The notes beneath the pieces were generated by a model, which was not told the DNA's origin, made no database searches, and saw only the letters and a program-made list of their open reading frames with translations. DNA of 64,000 nucleotides from Candidatus Poribacteria bacterium (GTDB lineage: Bacteria > Poribacteria > WGA-4E > PCPOR2b), in contig OZ244587.1 of assembly GCA_965218095.1 (NCBI GenBank), forward strand, positions 4,320,001 through 4,384,000, in the 5' to 3' direction. Positions 1 to 9,901 of the stretch are shown piece by piece. The position numbers were made by a program, and so were the translations under genes. The stretch's first letter is position 1. Every line of letters begins with the position of its first letter.

Positions 1-1516
1 ACCGCTGATAAGAAAAGCCTGCAAACACGGTCGCTTTGAGCGCGTCCTTCGCAAATTCGTTGAGAGTCTTCTCCCGCCATTCGTAGAATTTGGCAATCAC
101 CTGTTGATCAGATAGATCTTCAAGCGAAATCTGTTGCTGGGTCTGTACATACCGTTCAAATGCTGGAAAGATTTCTGCGGTGAGGATTTTATCAAAATCT
201 TTACGCATACGCCATTGTTTCAGTTCAGCAGCGATTGCCTTAACGGTGTAGTAAGGGAATTTGAACCAAAACGAAGCATTACTGCGTCTGACGTTTGGGG
301 TAGGTTGTGGATAAATTGCCTTTTGCGGGTCACGCTTGAGTTGTTCAAAGTCGTGTTCAAACAGAAAACCGCGGAAATTGAATTCGACTTCTCGGCTCAG
401 GTTGAAGTAGAGGCGCCCACAGATCAGATCCAGCACGCCCTCCTTATCGAACCGGCGGCTGGGCAGGAACCCCAATTCACGACAGGCCATCCCAAATCCG
501 CCTCGTCCTGACATAAATTCCTTCACGATTGCCCATGTCATCGGCAGTGGGGCAGGCAGGACTTCTGATAGATTGTATCGGCTCCAGACCGTCCCGCCTT
601 CATCGGCTTTCTTTTCGAGGGCTTCAATCTCCTGGCAACGCAACTGCTCGATCTCCGCTGCGTCTGTGAGTGTCGTGATCGGTCGGGCCTGGAGCAGATG
701 GAATTGTGCATCGGCGATCGTCCATTCGATATCTTGTGGTGCGCCATAAAATTCTTCAACCTGCAGGCCGATTTCGGCGAGTTCGGTGACTTGCCCGCGT
801 CGCAGGCTTGGAATATCCCGTTGACCGATTGGCACGGTTTGGAGCCCTTCATGCGTGATCATTTTGCGTTTGGTTACGATGGTCTCCCTGATAAGCGTGA
901 AGGTTTCCCGCGAGACAATAAAGTGATCGGGCATGACTTCGCCGGAGACGACCGATTCGCCCAACCCCCAGTTCGATTCGACGACGAGTTCATCCCCTCC
1001 GGTTGGGTTGCGTGTGAACATCACACCGGAAACTTCGGAATCAATCATCACCTGAACCACAACAGCCATCGCTAACTGTGCGTCATCGATTTCGTGGTCA
1101 CGGCGGTAGGCAATTGCGCGTTTTGACCACAGCGACCCCCAACACGCTTTGATTTTTTCCAATAACTCAGATTCCCCGGAAACATTCAGAAATGTATCCT
1201 GCTGTCCGGCAAAGCTCACGTCGGGCAGATCCTCTGCGGTGGCAGATGAGCGAACTGCAACGCTGTCTGCGCCCAATTGGTGATAAGCTGTCAAAATCTC
1301 CGATGGGAGCCCCTCCGGCAGTGTGACGGCTTGAACAGCTTTGCGCCCCGGCGCGTCAACTGCTTCGACAGCGGTACGATAGGCGTCTGTTGTCACGCAA
1401 AAACCGGGCGGCGCCACAAACCCCGCCTTTGTTAGCTTAGCGAGATTCAGCCCTTTCCCACCGACGAGGGGAAGGTCGCTATCATCGATTTCTGCAAAAT
1501 GTTTTATCCATGCCAT
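1..1516 (-). CDS. PEP/pyruvate-binding (PEP synthase-like ATP-grasp) protein, RPH/PigC-like; 3'-partial
   Basis: Not in the ORF track because it runs off the edge. Manual translation from ATG 1516 gives MAWIKHFAEIDDSDLPLVGGKGLNL..VAVRSSATAEDLPDVSFAGQQDTFLNV..SGVMFTRNP..QDIEW..LLQARPIT, then WSRYNLSEVLPAPLPMTW. Confidence 0.88.
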   Translation of the reverse strand, partial: MAWIKHFAEIDDSDLPLVGGKGLNLAKLTKAGFVAPPGFCVTTDAYRTAVEAVDAPGRKAVQAVTLPEGLPSEILTAYHQLGADSVAVRSSATAEDLPDVSFAGQQDTFLNVSGESELLEKIKACWGSLWSKRAIAYRRDHEIDDAQLAMAVVVQVMIDSEVSGVMFTRNPTGGDELVVESNWGLGESVVSGEVMPDHFIVSRETFTLIRETIVTKRKMITHEGLQTVPIGQRDIPSLRRGQVTELAEIGLQVEEFYGAPQDIEWTIADAQFHLLQARPITTLTDAAEIEQLRCQEIEALEKKADEGGTVWSRYNLSEVLPAPLPMTWAIVKEFMSGRGGFGMACRELGFLPSRRFDKEGVLDLICGRLYFNLSREVEFNFRGFLFEHDFEQLKRDPQKAIYPQPTPNVRRSNASFWFKFPYYTVKAIAAELKQWRMRKDFDKILTAEIFPAFERYVQTQQQISLEDLSDQQVIAKFYEWREKTLNEFAKDALKATVFAGFSYQR

Positions 1517-1547
1517 AGCGTTATTGGTATAATGCGTAATAGAGGCC

Positions 1548-1617
1548 CAGGGATACAGGGATTCAGGCATGCCGAAATTGCAAGGCATCCTTGCACCCCT
1601 GAATCTTTGTATCCTTG
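1548..1617. repeat. Inverted array of degenerate octamers (CAGGGATA-like x3 / CATCCTTG-like x4)
   Basis: cagggata cagggatt caggcatg ... catccttg cacccctg aatctttg tatccttg; the two arms are roughly complementary. Confidence 0.65.
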
Positions 1618-1662
1618 TTTTTTTCTGAATAAGGACATCCATCAACCTTCAACTTTCAATTT

Positions 1663-2715
1663 TCAATTCCCTTGTTGCTCTGGAAACGGAGCGCGGATAT
1701 CGTAACGTCCTTCGACAAACACAGGTAGGGTGCCGCCTTCAACCATCAGATCCAGTGGATTGGGGCGTGTGGTTAGGGGAAACTTGACAACATCCTTGAT
1801 TCGCAAGGATTCATAGATTGCCATCAAGATCGCCATTGTGGTGGCGGCGTGTCTCCCCGCGTTGCGATGCTCCTCGATCTCCCCATCAAGCCACGCGATC
1901 ATCTCCTGATACTGATTCGGTTCACCCTGACGCGGCGTGATGGTCTGCCAACCAGCCACCTTGCTATTGAGTAATTCAATTGCGCCATCTTCGCCGTGCC
2001 TGAGTTGCCCATCACTCCCGTAAACGGCATCGTCGCCAAGTCCAGGCTCAGGAAGATCACTCTCGTAAATTCCGCGAATCCCCCCTTCAAAGCAGATCTC
2101 ACCCATACACAGATCTTCGCAGCGGACACGGCGTTCCCACCTATCTGTCTTACGAGACGTCTGTCCGATCAGCCACAACGGCTCCGGATCGCCGAGGATA
2201 TAGCGCATTTGGTCAATCTTGTGGGTGCCGCGATTGAGCAAGCCATGCCTATCACGGCGCAGCATCACCTGCGGTTCGCCGATAGCCCCTTCTTGAATAA
2301 GCTGTCGCGCTTCACAATTCTGGGGTGTAAAACGCTGTTGATGCCCGATAGCCAACTTCGTCCCACTCTTTTCGCAGGCAGCCATCATATCCTTCGCTTC
2401 GCCATAGGAGGCGCTCATCGGCTTCTCACCGAGAATGCCCGATACGCCTGCTTCCGTGGCAATCAGCGTGAGTTCTGCACGAACGCTCTGCCACGTTGTG
2501 ATACTCACGATATCCAACATCTCTTTTTCAAACATTTCGTGGATGTCGGTATAATGTGTGGGGAGTGAAAACTCCTCCGCCAATCTTGCGGCGGCTTCTA
2601 CGTTCATATCTGCTGTGGTCACCACTTGAGCACGACCGGTGCTTGGCCAAGCATTGGCATGAGATCTCCCCATCCCACCACAACCAATAATTCCGACACG
2701 GTATGTTTTTGCCAT
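1663..2715 (-). CDS. Gfo/Idh/MocA family oxidoreductase
   Basis: VGIIGCGGMG Rossmann motif, EKPM motif, AGGAGA RBS. Confidence 0.92.
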   Translation of the reverse strand: MAKTYRVGIIGCGGMGRSHANAWPSTGRAQVVTTADMNVEAAARLAEEFSLPTHYTDIHEMFEKEMLDIVSITTWQSVRAELTLIATEAGVSGILGEKPMSASYGEAKDMMAACEKSGTKLAIGHQQRFTPQNCEARQLIQEGAIGEPQVMLRRDRHGLLNRGTHKIDQMRYILGDPEPLWLIGQTSRKTDRWERRVRCEDLCMGEICFEGGIRGIYESDLPEPGLGDDAVYGSDGQLRHGEDGAIELLNSKVAGWQTITPRQGEPNQYQEMIAWLDGEIEEHRNAGRHAATTMAILMAIYESLRIKDVVKFPLTTRPNPLDLMVEGGTLPVFVEGRYDIRAPFPEQQGN

Positions 2716-3070
2716 AACCTTAATCTCTCCTTAAAAACCGGGGGCAAATTGTACGCGATTCTTTGCACTGAATAAGCAATTCTATGATAGCATCACCCCA
2801 TTATACCAAATTCGACGTTGCGAATCAATTATAAAGCATTCCTTGATCGGGGGCATTTCGTGGGCTCTTGAGTCGTGGACATTGAGTTTCTAACATTTTC
2901 CTTCACCCTCTTCAGCATTCCTCCCCTCGAAGGAGATTACTATTACTCATAAGCCTGCAAACCCCCATGGGGAGCGGACCTCTCCCTCTCGGTTTCGGTC
3001 TCCCCTTCGCTTCGGAGGGGCTGGGGGAGGTCAGGCCGGGGGAGAGGTCAAAACCGAAACAGGAAAATTG

Positions 3071-3099
3071 TTGACATAAAATTCAAGGGATGCTAAACT
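3071..3099 (+). promoter_or_regulatory. Sigma70-type promoter with extended -10
   Basis: TTGACA (3071-3076), 17-bp spacer, TGnTAAACT (-10 at 3094-3099). Confidence 0.75.
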
Positions 3100-3102
3100 A
3101 TT

Positions 3103-3165
3103 TTGCGTATTGCGTATTGCGTATTGCGTATTGCGTATTGCGTATTGCGTATTGCGTATTGCGTA
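3103..3165 (+). repeat. Perfect tandem heptamer (TTGCGTA)x9
   Basis: Nine exact copies counted directly. Confidence 0.98.
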
Positions 3166-3240
3166 AAACAGAAGTGAGGCGGTTCTTTTACGTTTTACGT
3201 GCTTCATCGAAAACATGATGAAAACGAGATGAGGTGAAAT

Positions 3241-4128
3241 ATGAAAAGATTACCCCTCGGCCCGCTATACTATGAATTCAGTCGCCATAATGAGCCGCGC
3301 TTGCGAATTGAGCCGGGCGAGACGGTATTTGTAGAGGCAGAGGACGCATTCTCGGGCCAGATCCGCACCAACGCCGACCGGCGGGATAAGACCAAAAAAC
3401 CTTACGGCAATCCGCAAACGGGCCCGATCTGGATCAAGAACGCCGAGCCAGGGGATGCTCTGGCGGTCAAGATTGAAGAAATCCGTCCGAGCAGCGGCCA
3501 ATGCGCCACGCGCACCTCCGACCCCAAACAGCTTGCTGAGTGACTGGGCGCCGATTGTCCGCACGGCGTGCATGTCTGTCCTATCCACGACGGCAAAATC
3601 TACTGGAGCAACAAGATCGCTATTCCCTACGCCCCCATGTTGGGTTGCATTGGGACGGCACCGGATACTGGCGTACCGACAACCGGGCCGGCGGGCCCAC
3701 ACGGCGGGAATATGGACATCATTGAGACTTGCCCTGGCACCATTGTCTACCTACCGGTGTTCGTTCCGGGCGGATATTTATACCTGGGAGACGCCCACGC
3801 CGCGATGGGACATGGAGAACTTTCGGCTTCTGGACTGGAAATGCCTTCGGAGACGGTGATTACCGTCGACCTGATCAAGGATAAAAACCTGCTGGGGCCG
3901 CGAATCGAATCCCCCACAGAGATCATGACAATCGCCACAGGGTATCCGATGGAACGATCGACGGCTCAGGCTTATGCGTGGTTAATCCTGTGGATGGAAG
4001 AGGAATATGGTTGGGATCGCTGGAAGGCCTATGACATCTTGACCCATGTTGGCCAGATCTTGGTCGGCTACTATCAAATTGGGGCCGTGGCTGCCAAGAT
4101 TGCCAAAAGGTATCTGAAAAGGGATTGA
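3241..4128 (+). pseudogene. Acetamidase/formamidase family gene with one in-frame TGA (3541-3543)
   Basis: ORFs 3241-3543 and 3568-4128 share a frame (QLAE*LGADCPHGVHVCP). Motifs NPQTGPI, GGNMD, GDAHAAMGHGE. Confidence 0.88.
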
Positions 4129-4224
4129 AATCGAAAGACAAGCGTGAAAGCCCTATTGGACGGTCAGTCAGTTTCTCAGCAAGTTGTGACCGAAAGCGTT
4201 TCGCTAGAATTGCGAGGTAAGATT

Positions 4225-4317
4225 ATGGCTACAGTATCAGTCAAAGATAAATACGTTGAGGTATTAACAGCCTTTGTCGATTGGCTGAAAGCAAACATTC
4301 AACCTATATCCAGATGA
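4225..4317 (+). other. 30-aa ORF, probably a gene remnant
   Basis: GAGGT RBS; MATVSVKDKYVEVLTAFVDWLKANIQPISR*; its stop abuts the next gene. Confidence 0.3.
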
Positions 4318-4318
4318 G

Positions 4319-5038
4319 GTGATAAGTATGTACGGACAAAATGGACGAATTGGCCTGTTAGTACCGTCGGTCAACACTGTGGTTGAACCGGAGTTCGGAC
4401 GATTAGTTCCGGATGGCATGGGCGTTTACGCGGCACGAATGCGCAACAGTCGGTCGGACGTGGACGACTCCAAGGCGATGCTTCAACATGTTGAACGCGC
4501 CGCCGATGAACTCAGCAGCGCGCATGTAGACGTGATTGCCTTCGCGTGCACCGCCAGCAGTTTCGTGGAGGGCGTTGAGGGCGAAATCGAATTGCGAGAC
4601 CGTATGGAGCGGGCAGGGCAGACAAAGGCGGTGACGACGTCCGGTTCCGTTGCAGCGGCGCTACGGATGCTCGGCATTCGCCGTGTCGTGGTTGCCACGC
4701 CTTACCTGGACCAACTCAACGTCCTAGAGAAGGGTTTTCTGGAAGACGAAGGGGTTGAAATCCTCTTGATATCTGGCATGGGCATCGTCGATGCATTCAG
4801 CATTGGAAAGGTGACGCCGCAAGAGACTTACGAGTTTGCCCGCCGTGTCTGGCGGGATGACGCCGATGGGATGTTTATCAGTTGCACTAACTTGCGCACC
4901 ATTGATGTGCTGGCAAGGCTGGAAGATGAGCTCGGAAAGCCGGTTGTTTCCAGCAATTCGGCGACGTGCTGGGGGTGCTTGCGGGCGTTGGGATGTCAGG
5001 AGACGATTGAAGGATATGGTCGGCTTTTGGTATCTTGA
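4319..5038 (+). CDS. Maleate cis-trans isomerase / Asp-Glu racemase (AMDase-like) family protein
   Basis: RIGLLVPSVNTVVEPE, FACTASS, ISCTNL, PVVSSN; the start may be ATG 4328. Confidence 0.9.
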   Translation: MISMYGQNGRIGLLVPSVNTVVEPEFGRLVPDGMGVYAARMRNSRSDVDDSKAMLQHVERAADELSSAHVDVIAFACTASSFVEGVEGEIELRDRMERAGQTKAVTTSGSVAAALRMLGIRRVVVATPYLDQLNVLEKGFLEDEGVEILLISGMGIVDAFSIGKVTPQETYEFARRVWRDDADGMFISCTNLRTIDVLARLEDELGKPVVSSNSATCWGCLRALGCQETIEGYGRLLVS

Positions 5039-5408
5039 TTAGGATTCAAGATGCAAGATTTATAAAATAAGTTTCGAAAGGATATAACAAATTATGGGAA
5101 CAATCCGTTTTACATGGTGGGACCTTCAAAACTTCTTTGATACTGATATCGCTCGATAATTGGTAGCGAGTCGCGGTCTTTTGACCGGATCCGGGTTGAG
5201 TTTGGATCTGGATAGCGTTGACATCTTTCGTGATGCCTTGGTGGCGACGGGGAGTGGAAGGCCCCGCGCTTTCAGGAAAAACACAAGGAAGGGAACGTCC
5301 GACCATTTACCGCTGATAAGGTATTGAGGCTATCCACCGATGGCTGACGCGATTGACTCATGATCCAAACCTTAGTACAACACCACCAAGTATGAGAGGG
5401 AGACAAGT

Positions 5409-6176
5409 ATGAAGTTGTCCGATGAACAGGTGAATCAGTTTTGGGAAGGTGGATTCCTCATTGTGGAGAATTTGCTTGATGAGGATGAGGTCGCTACGCT
5501 CCTGGCGCGCGCCGAATGGGTGGCGAGCGGGAATGCTTCCCACATCCCGACAACGCAACTCCAGGTGGAGCCTCGCGTGGTCGAAGGAGAGGTTCAGGCA
5601 GAGACCTACGCCGATTCCCTGCGGAAGATGGGTCACCTCGCGTTCTACGACGAGGGCTTTCAAAACCACGCCCGCAACCCGAAGATTCTGGACATCATCG
5701 AATCCCTGCTGGGGCCCGATATCAAGCTCTATCAAGACCAACTCTTTATGAAGCCGCCACGAATCGGCTCCCGGCAACGTTACCATCAGGATATGCCGCT
5801 CGGCTTCTACATTGACCCACCCGAATTGGTGACCTGCTGGGTGGCGCTCACCAATTCGACAATCGAGAATGGGTGCGTCTGGATGCTGCCGGGTACTCAT
5901 AAGTTTGGCATTACTGAAAAGTCGGTATGGGCGAAATACGAGCAGATGTCGGTTGAAGGGCGTCTGCCCGAGGAACGTCCGCTGGAAATGAAGGCGGGCG
6001 ATTGCAGCTTTCACCACGGTTTAATCATCCACAGCAGCCGCCCCAACCTGACAAATCAACGGCGACGCGGCTATGCGACGCACTATGTCAGCGCCCACTG
6101 TCGATATACAGGCCCGCCCGAAAGAGAAAACGATGCGATGCTTATGCGGGGCAGGTCAATACCAAGGTGCATCTAA
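5409..6176 (+). CDS. Phytanoyl-CoA dioxygenase (PhyH) family protein
   Basis: HQD iron motif, ENGC..LPGTH, H-S-x-x-N..R motif. Confidence 0.92.
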   Translation: MKLSDEQVNQFWEGGFLIVENLLDEDEVATLLARAEWVASGNASHIPTTQLQVEPRVVEGEVQAETYADSLRKMGHLAFYDEGFQNHARNPKILDIIESLLGPDIKLYQDQLFMKPPRIGSRQRYHQDMPLGFYIDPPELVTCWVALTNSTIENGCVWMLPGTHKFGITEKSVWAKYEQMSVEGRLPEERPLEMKAGDCSFHHGLIIHSSRPNLTNQRRRGYATHYVSAHCRYTGPPERENDAMLMRGRSIPRCI

Positions 6177-6209
6177 AAAACGGCGGAGGCGGCGAGACCG
6201 GGATGGATT

Positions 6210-6572
6210 ATGATGAATCTTGAGATAGTGGAAGGCAATCTTCTCGATCAAGACGTTGATGTAATCGTGAACACCTGGAGCCGTAATATCATTCCCTGGT
6301 GGCTTCTCCTGCCACAAGGCGTGTCAGGCGCGATTAAAAAACACGCGGGTTATGGGCCCTTTCGGGAACTTCGCAAACGCGGTTCCATTCTGCTTGGTCA
6401 AGCCGTTATGACTGAGGCCGGAAAACTCCCTCATAAACCATTATTTACGTTGCGGGAATCAATATGCTGTAGCGTGCGAGTGAACACTCCATCCATGATT
6501 CAGTCAAGAACGCCCTGGTGGTTGCGAAAGAGTGGGATTTCGATTATATCTCGTAAATTGAAAACGAGTTAA
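6210..6572 (+). pseudogene. Macro domain protein, frameshifted and truncated
   Basis: EGNLLDQDVDVIVN..GVSGAI..GQAVMTEAGKLP, then a frameshift near 6437; the other frame reads IIYVAGINML*RASEHSIHDSVKNAL. Confidence 0.8.
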
Positions 6573-6616
6573 GCCTATCTTCATAGAGAGAATTGGCAGA
6601 AGGAGGTCGATAAATA

Positions 6617-7540
6617 GTGCGTTATCCGCAAGCGGTGCTTGTGTCCTGCGAGATACCGTGGGACGAAAACGAGAACTTGATGGAAGATGTGTTTCGAATG
6701 GAAGTTCAGCACACCCTCAAAGCGGGGTTCAACCATTTATACATCTTTGGCACAGCCGGTGAGGGCCACGCGGTTAATACGGCCCGCTTTCAACAGATTG
6801 TCCAGATTTTCTACGAAGAAACATGTGGTCCGGATGTCCACCCGATGGTTGGGGCGATCGGTCTGTCCACGGCGAATATTGCCGAGCGTGTGGGTTTCGC
6901 TCATGACGTTGGCTTTCGCACGTTTCAAACCGTCCTGCCGAGTTGGGGAGCACTGAACGATGCCGAGTTGATGACCTTCTTCAAAGATCTATGCAGCACG
7001 TTCCCTGACTCGCAGTTTTTGCACTACAACTTGCCGCGTGCCAAGCGTGTCCTCGGCGGCGCAGAGTATCGGCGATTAATCGACGCCGTGCCCAACCTCG
7101 TGGCGACGAAGACGACCAGCGGAGGTCTGCCTGGAGCAGGCGATCTGATGCGCCATGCGTCCGAGCTCCAACACTTCTTCGGCGAATGGAACTTTCCGCA
7201 CGGCTGCATGTTCGGCGAATGTTCGCTGCTGGCGTCCTTTGGGCCAATGACGCCCCACAAGACGCGGGAGTATTTTGAAGCGGGTCGGGCGCGACAAATC
7301 GAAAGGCTCTTTCAGTTGCAACACGACTTTCACAGGGTAAGCATGGATGTCCTTAGCCCAGTGCGGGATAAGGAACGGATAGACGGCGCTTATGACAAAA
7401 TCATTGTACGCTTGGGTGGCCTGGAAGAAATGCCCTTGCACTTGCTCTCGCCGTATCAGAACTTCACAGAAGCGGAGTATCAAGCCTGCAAGCGGATACT
7501 CCATGAAAAGTACCCAGAGTGGGTTCGGAGGGAATCATGA
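6617..7540 (+). CDS. Dihydrodipicolinate synthase / class I aldolase family protein
   Basis: GTAGEG, HYN and Schiff-base Lys region (VATK); AGGAGG RBS. Confidence 0.85.
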   Translation: MRYPQAVLVSCEIPWDENENLMEDVFRMEVQHTLKAGFNHLYIFGTAGEGHAVNTARFQQIVQIFYEETCGPDVHPMVGAIGLSTANIAERVGFAHDVGFRTFQTVLPSWGALNDAELMTFFKDLCSTFPDSQFLHYNLPRAKRVLGGAEYRRLIDAVPNLVATKTTSGGLPGAGDLMRHASELQHFFGEWNFPHGCMFGECSLLASFGPMTPHKTREYFEAGRARQIERLFQLQHDFHRVSMDVLSPVRDKERIDGAYDKIIVRLGGLEEMPLHLLSPYQNFTEAEYQACKRILHEKYPEWVRRES

Positions 7541-8295
7541 CATCACTCAATTTCAAACCGAGAACACCTGTTTTTGACGCCAATGTTCGAGTGGGCGATC
7601 TACGAGAGGAACCATCTCCTTGCCGCAGCCGGGACGAATTGCTGGCTGAAATGGATAGGCATGGAGTGGAACGGGCGCTCGTTTACCACGCCCAGGCCGA
7701 AACCATCAGCTCCATTGACGGCAATTGCTACCTGGAAGCGTGGTTGGGCGATGATGGACGCACCTACCCCCAGTGGCTGGTTATGCCCACAGCCGATTCT
7801 CTCGCCCAGATTCAGAGGCTTCACGCCGGGGGGAAAGTTCAGTGCGTGCGGTTGTACGATACCCGGCCGGTAGGACTGCCCTTCCGCCCCTGGGCTTACG
7901 ATACCCTCCTTTCGTGGTTAAGCGATGCCCGTATCCCAGCCTGGGTGTCCCTGCCGGAGGCCGCCCCCGATGAATTGGTAACAACGCTCCGGGCTTACCC
8001 CGATCTCGTAACGGTTTTGGTGGGAGCGCATTACACTCATACCCTGTGGGTACGGCCAATCTTAGCCGCTTTGCCCAATGCTCACCTGGAGTTGAGCCGT
8101 TATGAACCGATCGGCGAGGTAGAAGCCTTGTGCGATGAGTTTGGGGTAGAGCGGTTGGTCTACGGTTCGTGGTATTCGCGCTACGCGATGGGAACGATGT
8201 TGTTTTATCTGTACCACACCAACCTGAACGATGCCGAATTGGCGTTGGTTTGTGCGGGCAACCTTGAGCGTATTTTACCAAGAGGAACACAATGA
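7537..8295 (+). CDS. Amidohydrolase_2-like protein with degenerate metal site
   Basis: ATGA overlaps at both ends; FDANVRVG in place of DxHxH; ERLVYGSWY. Confidence 0.8.
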   Translation: MTSLNFKPRTPVFDANVRVGDLREEPSPCRSRDELLAEMDRHGVERALVYHAQAETISSIDGNCYLEAWLGDDGRTYPQWLVMPTADSLAQIQRLHAGGKVQCVRLYDTRPVGLPFRPWAYDTLLSWLSDARIPAWVSLPEAAPDELVTTLRAYPDLVTVLVGAHYTHTLWVRPILAALPNAHLELSRYEPIGEVEALCDEFGVERLVYGSWYSRYAMGTMLFYLYHTNLNDAELALVCAGNLERILPRGTQ

Positions 8296-9041
8296 TTGAA
8301 GGAACCCAGGTCATCGACTTCCACGGGCATGTCGGCCGCTGGGACCAATACGGTATGATAGATGATCCGTACCTGATGCTCCGCGCCATGGACTCCGCCG
8401 GAATCGACAAATCCTGCCTTTTCAACATCTTCCACCCTGATGGTACAACGGGCAACGACCTGCTCGCCCGTTTTGTGGCGCAGCATCCGGATCGTTTCAT
8501 CGGCTTTGCCTACGTCTCACCGACCCTGCCGGAGCGCATGATACCCGAGCTAGAACGCGCGATTGACGGACTAAAATTTCCCGCCATCAAGCTCTATCCC
8601 CCCTATGCACCTTGGCCGTTCAACCAACCGCAGTGGCAGCCCATCTACGAATTTGCGAACGAGCGCGGACTCGCTGTTCTCTTTCATACTGATGGAGGCG
8701 AGTTAAGCCGCCCCCGGTATCTGAGCGAGATCGCGCCGCAGTATCCAAACGCCAAGTTTGTTTCCGGGCATTCCGGCAACGTTGCTGAACCCCGAGCCGA
8801 AGCCATCGCTGCGGCGCAGGCGCACCCCAACGTCTATCTCGAAACCTGCTCGACCTATCGCACCCCTGGCGTGATTGAGCAATTGGTGAATGAAGCGGGC
8901 GCCGACCAGGTGCTGTTTGGGTCTGATACACCCTTGATGGACCCGCGTCCCCAAATCGGTAAGATCATCACCGCTGATATTTCTGATGAAGCCAAGCGAC
9001 AGATCTTAGGTGACAACGCTCGGCGGTTATTGGGAATTTAA
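8292..9041 (+). CDS. Amidohydrolase_2 family metallohydrolase
   Basis: IDFHGH, IKLYP, LFHT, GHSG, VLFGSD, ILGDNARRL. Confidence 0.93.
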   Translation: MIEGTQVIDFHGHVGRWDQYGMIDDPYLMLRAMDSAGIDKSCLFNIFHPDGTTGNDLLARFVAQHPDRFIGFAYVSPTLPERMIPELERAIDGLKFPAIKLYPPYAPWPFNQPQWQPIYEFANERGLAVLFHTDGGELSRPRYLSEIAPQYPNAKFVSGHSGNVAEPRAEAIAAAQAHPNVYLETCSTYRTPGVIEQLVNEAGADQVLFGSDTPLMDPRPQIGKIITADISDEAKRQILGDNARRLLGI

Positions 9042-9208
9042 CCCGAGATTTGCTACCTTTGACGAGATTGGCTCATTTTCTAAACTGATGCCCCTCAAAT
9101 CCGAGACGGCTGGAAGGAAAGGAAGGAAGAAACGGGCGTTGCGCCGTTTTCTTCCGCTTGACCGACAATCTACCAACACTCGTATTTCCGTTAAACTGGA
9201 GGGTTTCG

Positions 9209-9880
9209 ATGAAAGAAAGCATTAATTTCAAAGTCGGTGATGTTGTTTCCGTTAAACCTGACGTGGAAGATCCGGATTTGGGGATTAACATCGAAGGCTG
9301 GCAAGGCAGGATTTCAGAAATTCGCCGGGAAACCAACATTATCGCTGTGGATTGGGATAGTGTGACATTGAAAAATATGGCAAATTCAGTCATTGATAAA
9401 TGTGAAGAAGAGGGGTTTAGACTGGAGTAAAATACACTTTGAGCCTACGGAGGTTGAGTTATCCACCCCCAGAGACACGGCAGAAGATGTTGCTAGGATA
9501 ATTGACAAACTTGAGGCAGAACACGCCTAGAGTCATTTGGGAAAAGAGGGCAGACGTATCCAAGCTATTAGCCGATATTGACCCTGATGATGAATGGGCG
9601 GTTTTTGAAGCGTGGGAAGCACATCTGCGTAGGGTAAGTTTTGAGTTTCTCCTTTGAAGCTGAAGTCGCTGAATTTCAAGAGCGAGGCCCCCTCCAATCA
9701 GGAGACCGTGTCACTGTGCAGGGAATTACAGACGTAGACGATTTGTATGGTGTCCTCATTAAAATCAAACATAAGCACAGGACGTATCATTTTCCGCTTT
9801 GCGACTTGGAAGTCACAGATCACAACTCCCCGAATTACGATTTTCTTCGGGCGTATGTTGTTTGGTTTGCGAATCGGTAA
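9209..9880 (+). pseudogene. Calcium-binding protein CcbP-like gene, multiply disrupted
   Basis: N-terminal GWQGRI..DWDS and C-terminal DDLYGVL..FPLCDLE..Y.VWFANR fragments, with frameshifts and an internal TAG at 9528-9530. Confidence 0.7.
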
Positions 9881-9901
9881 TCCGAAGAAAGGAAGGCGAC
9901 A

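Noticed and set aside
134-1075. ORFs 134-511, 538-852 and 698-1075, and similar short ORFs across the window
   Set aside because: They are shadow frames of real genes, with no recognisable motifs.
3031-3216. ORF with YAIRNTQ repeats, or a CRISPR-like array
   Set aside because: It is the antisense translation of a spacer-less 7-bp tandem repeat. There are no unique spacers and no cas genes.
3541-3543. Selenocysteine or TGA=Trp recoding
   Set aside because: The context suggests Trp rather than Cys. TGA ends many intact genes here, including ATGA overlaps, and TGG is used normally.
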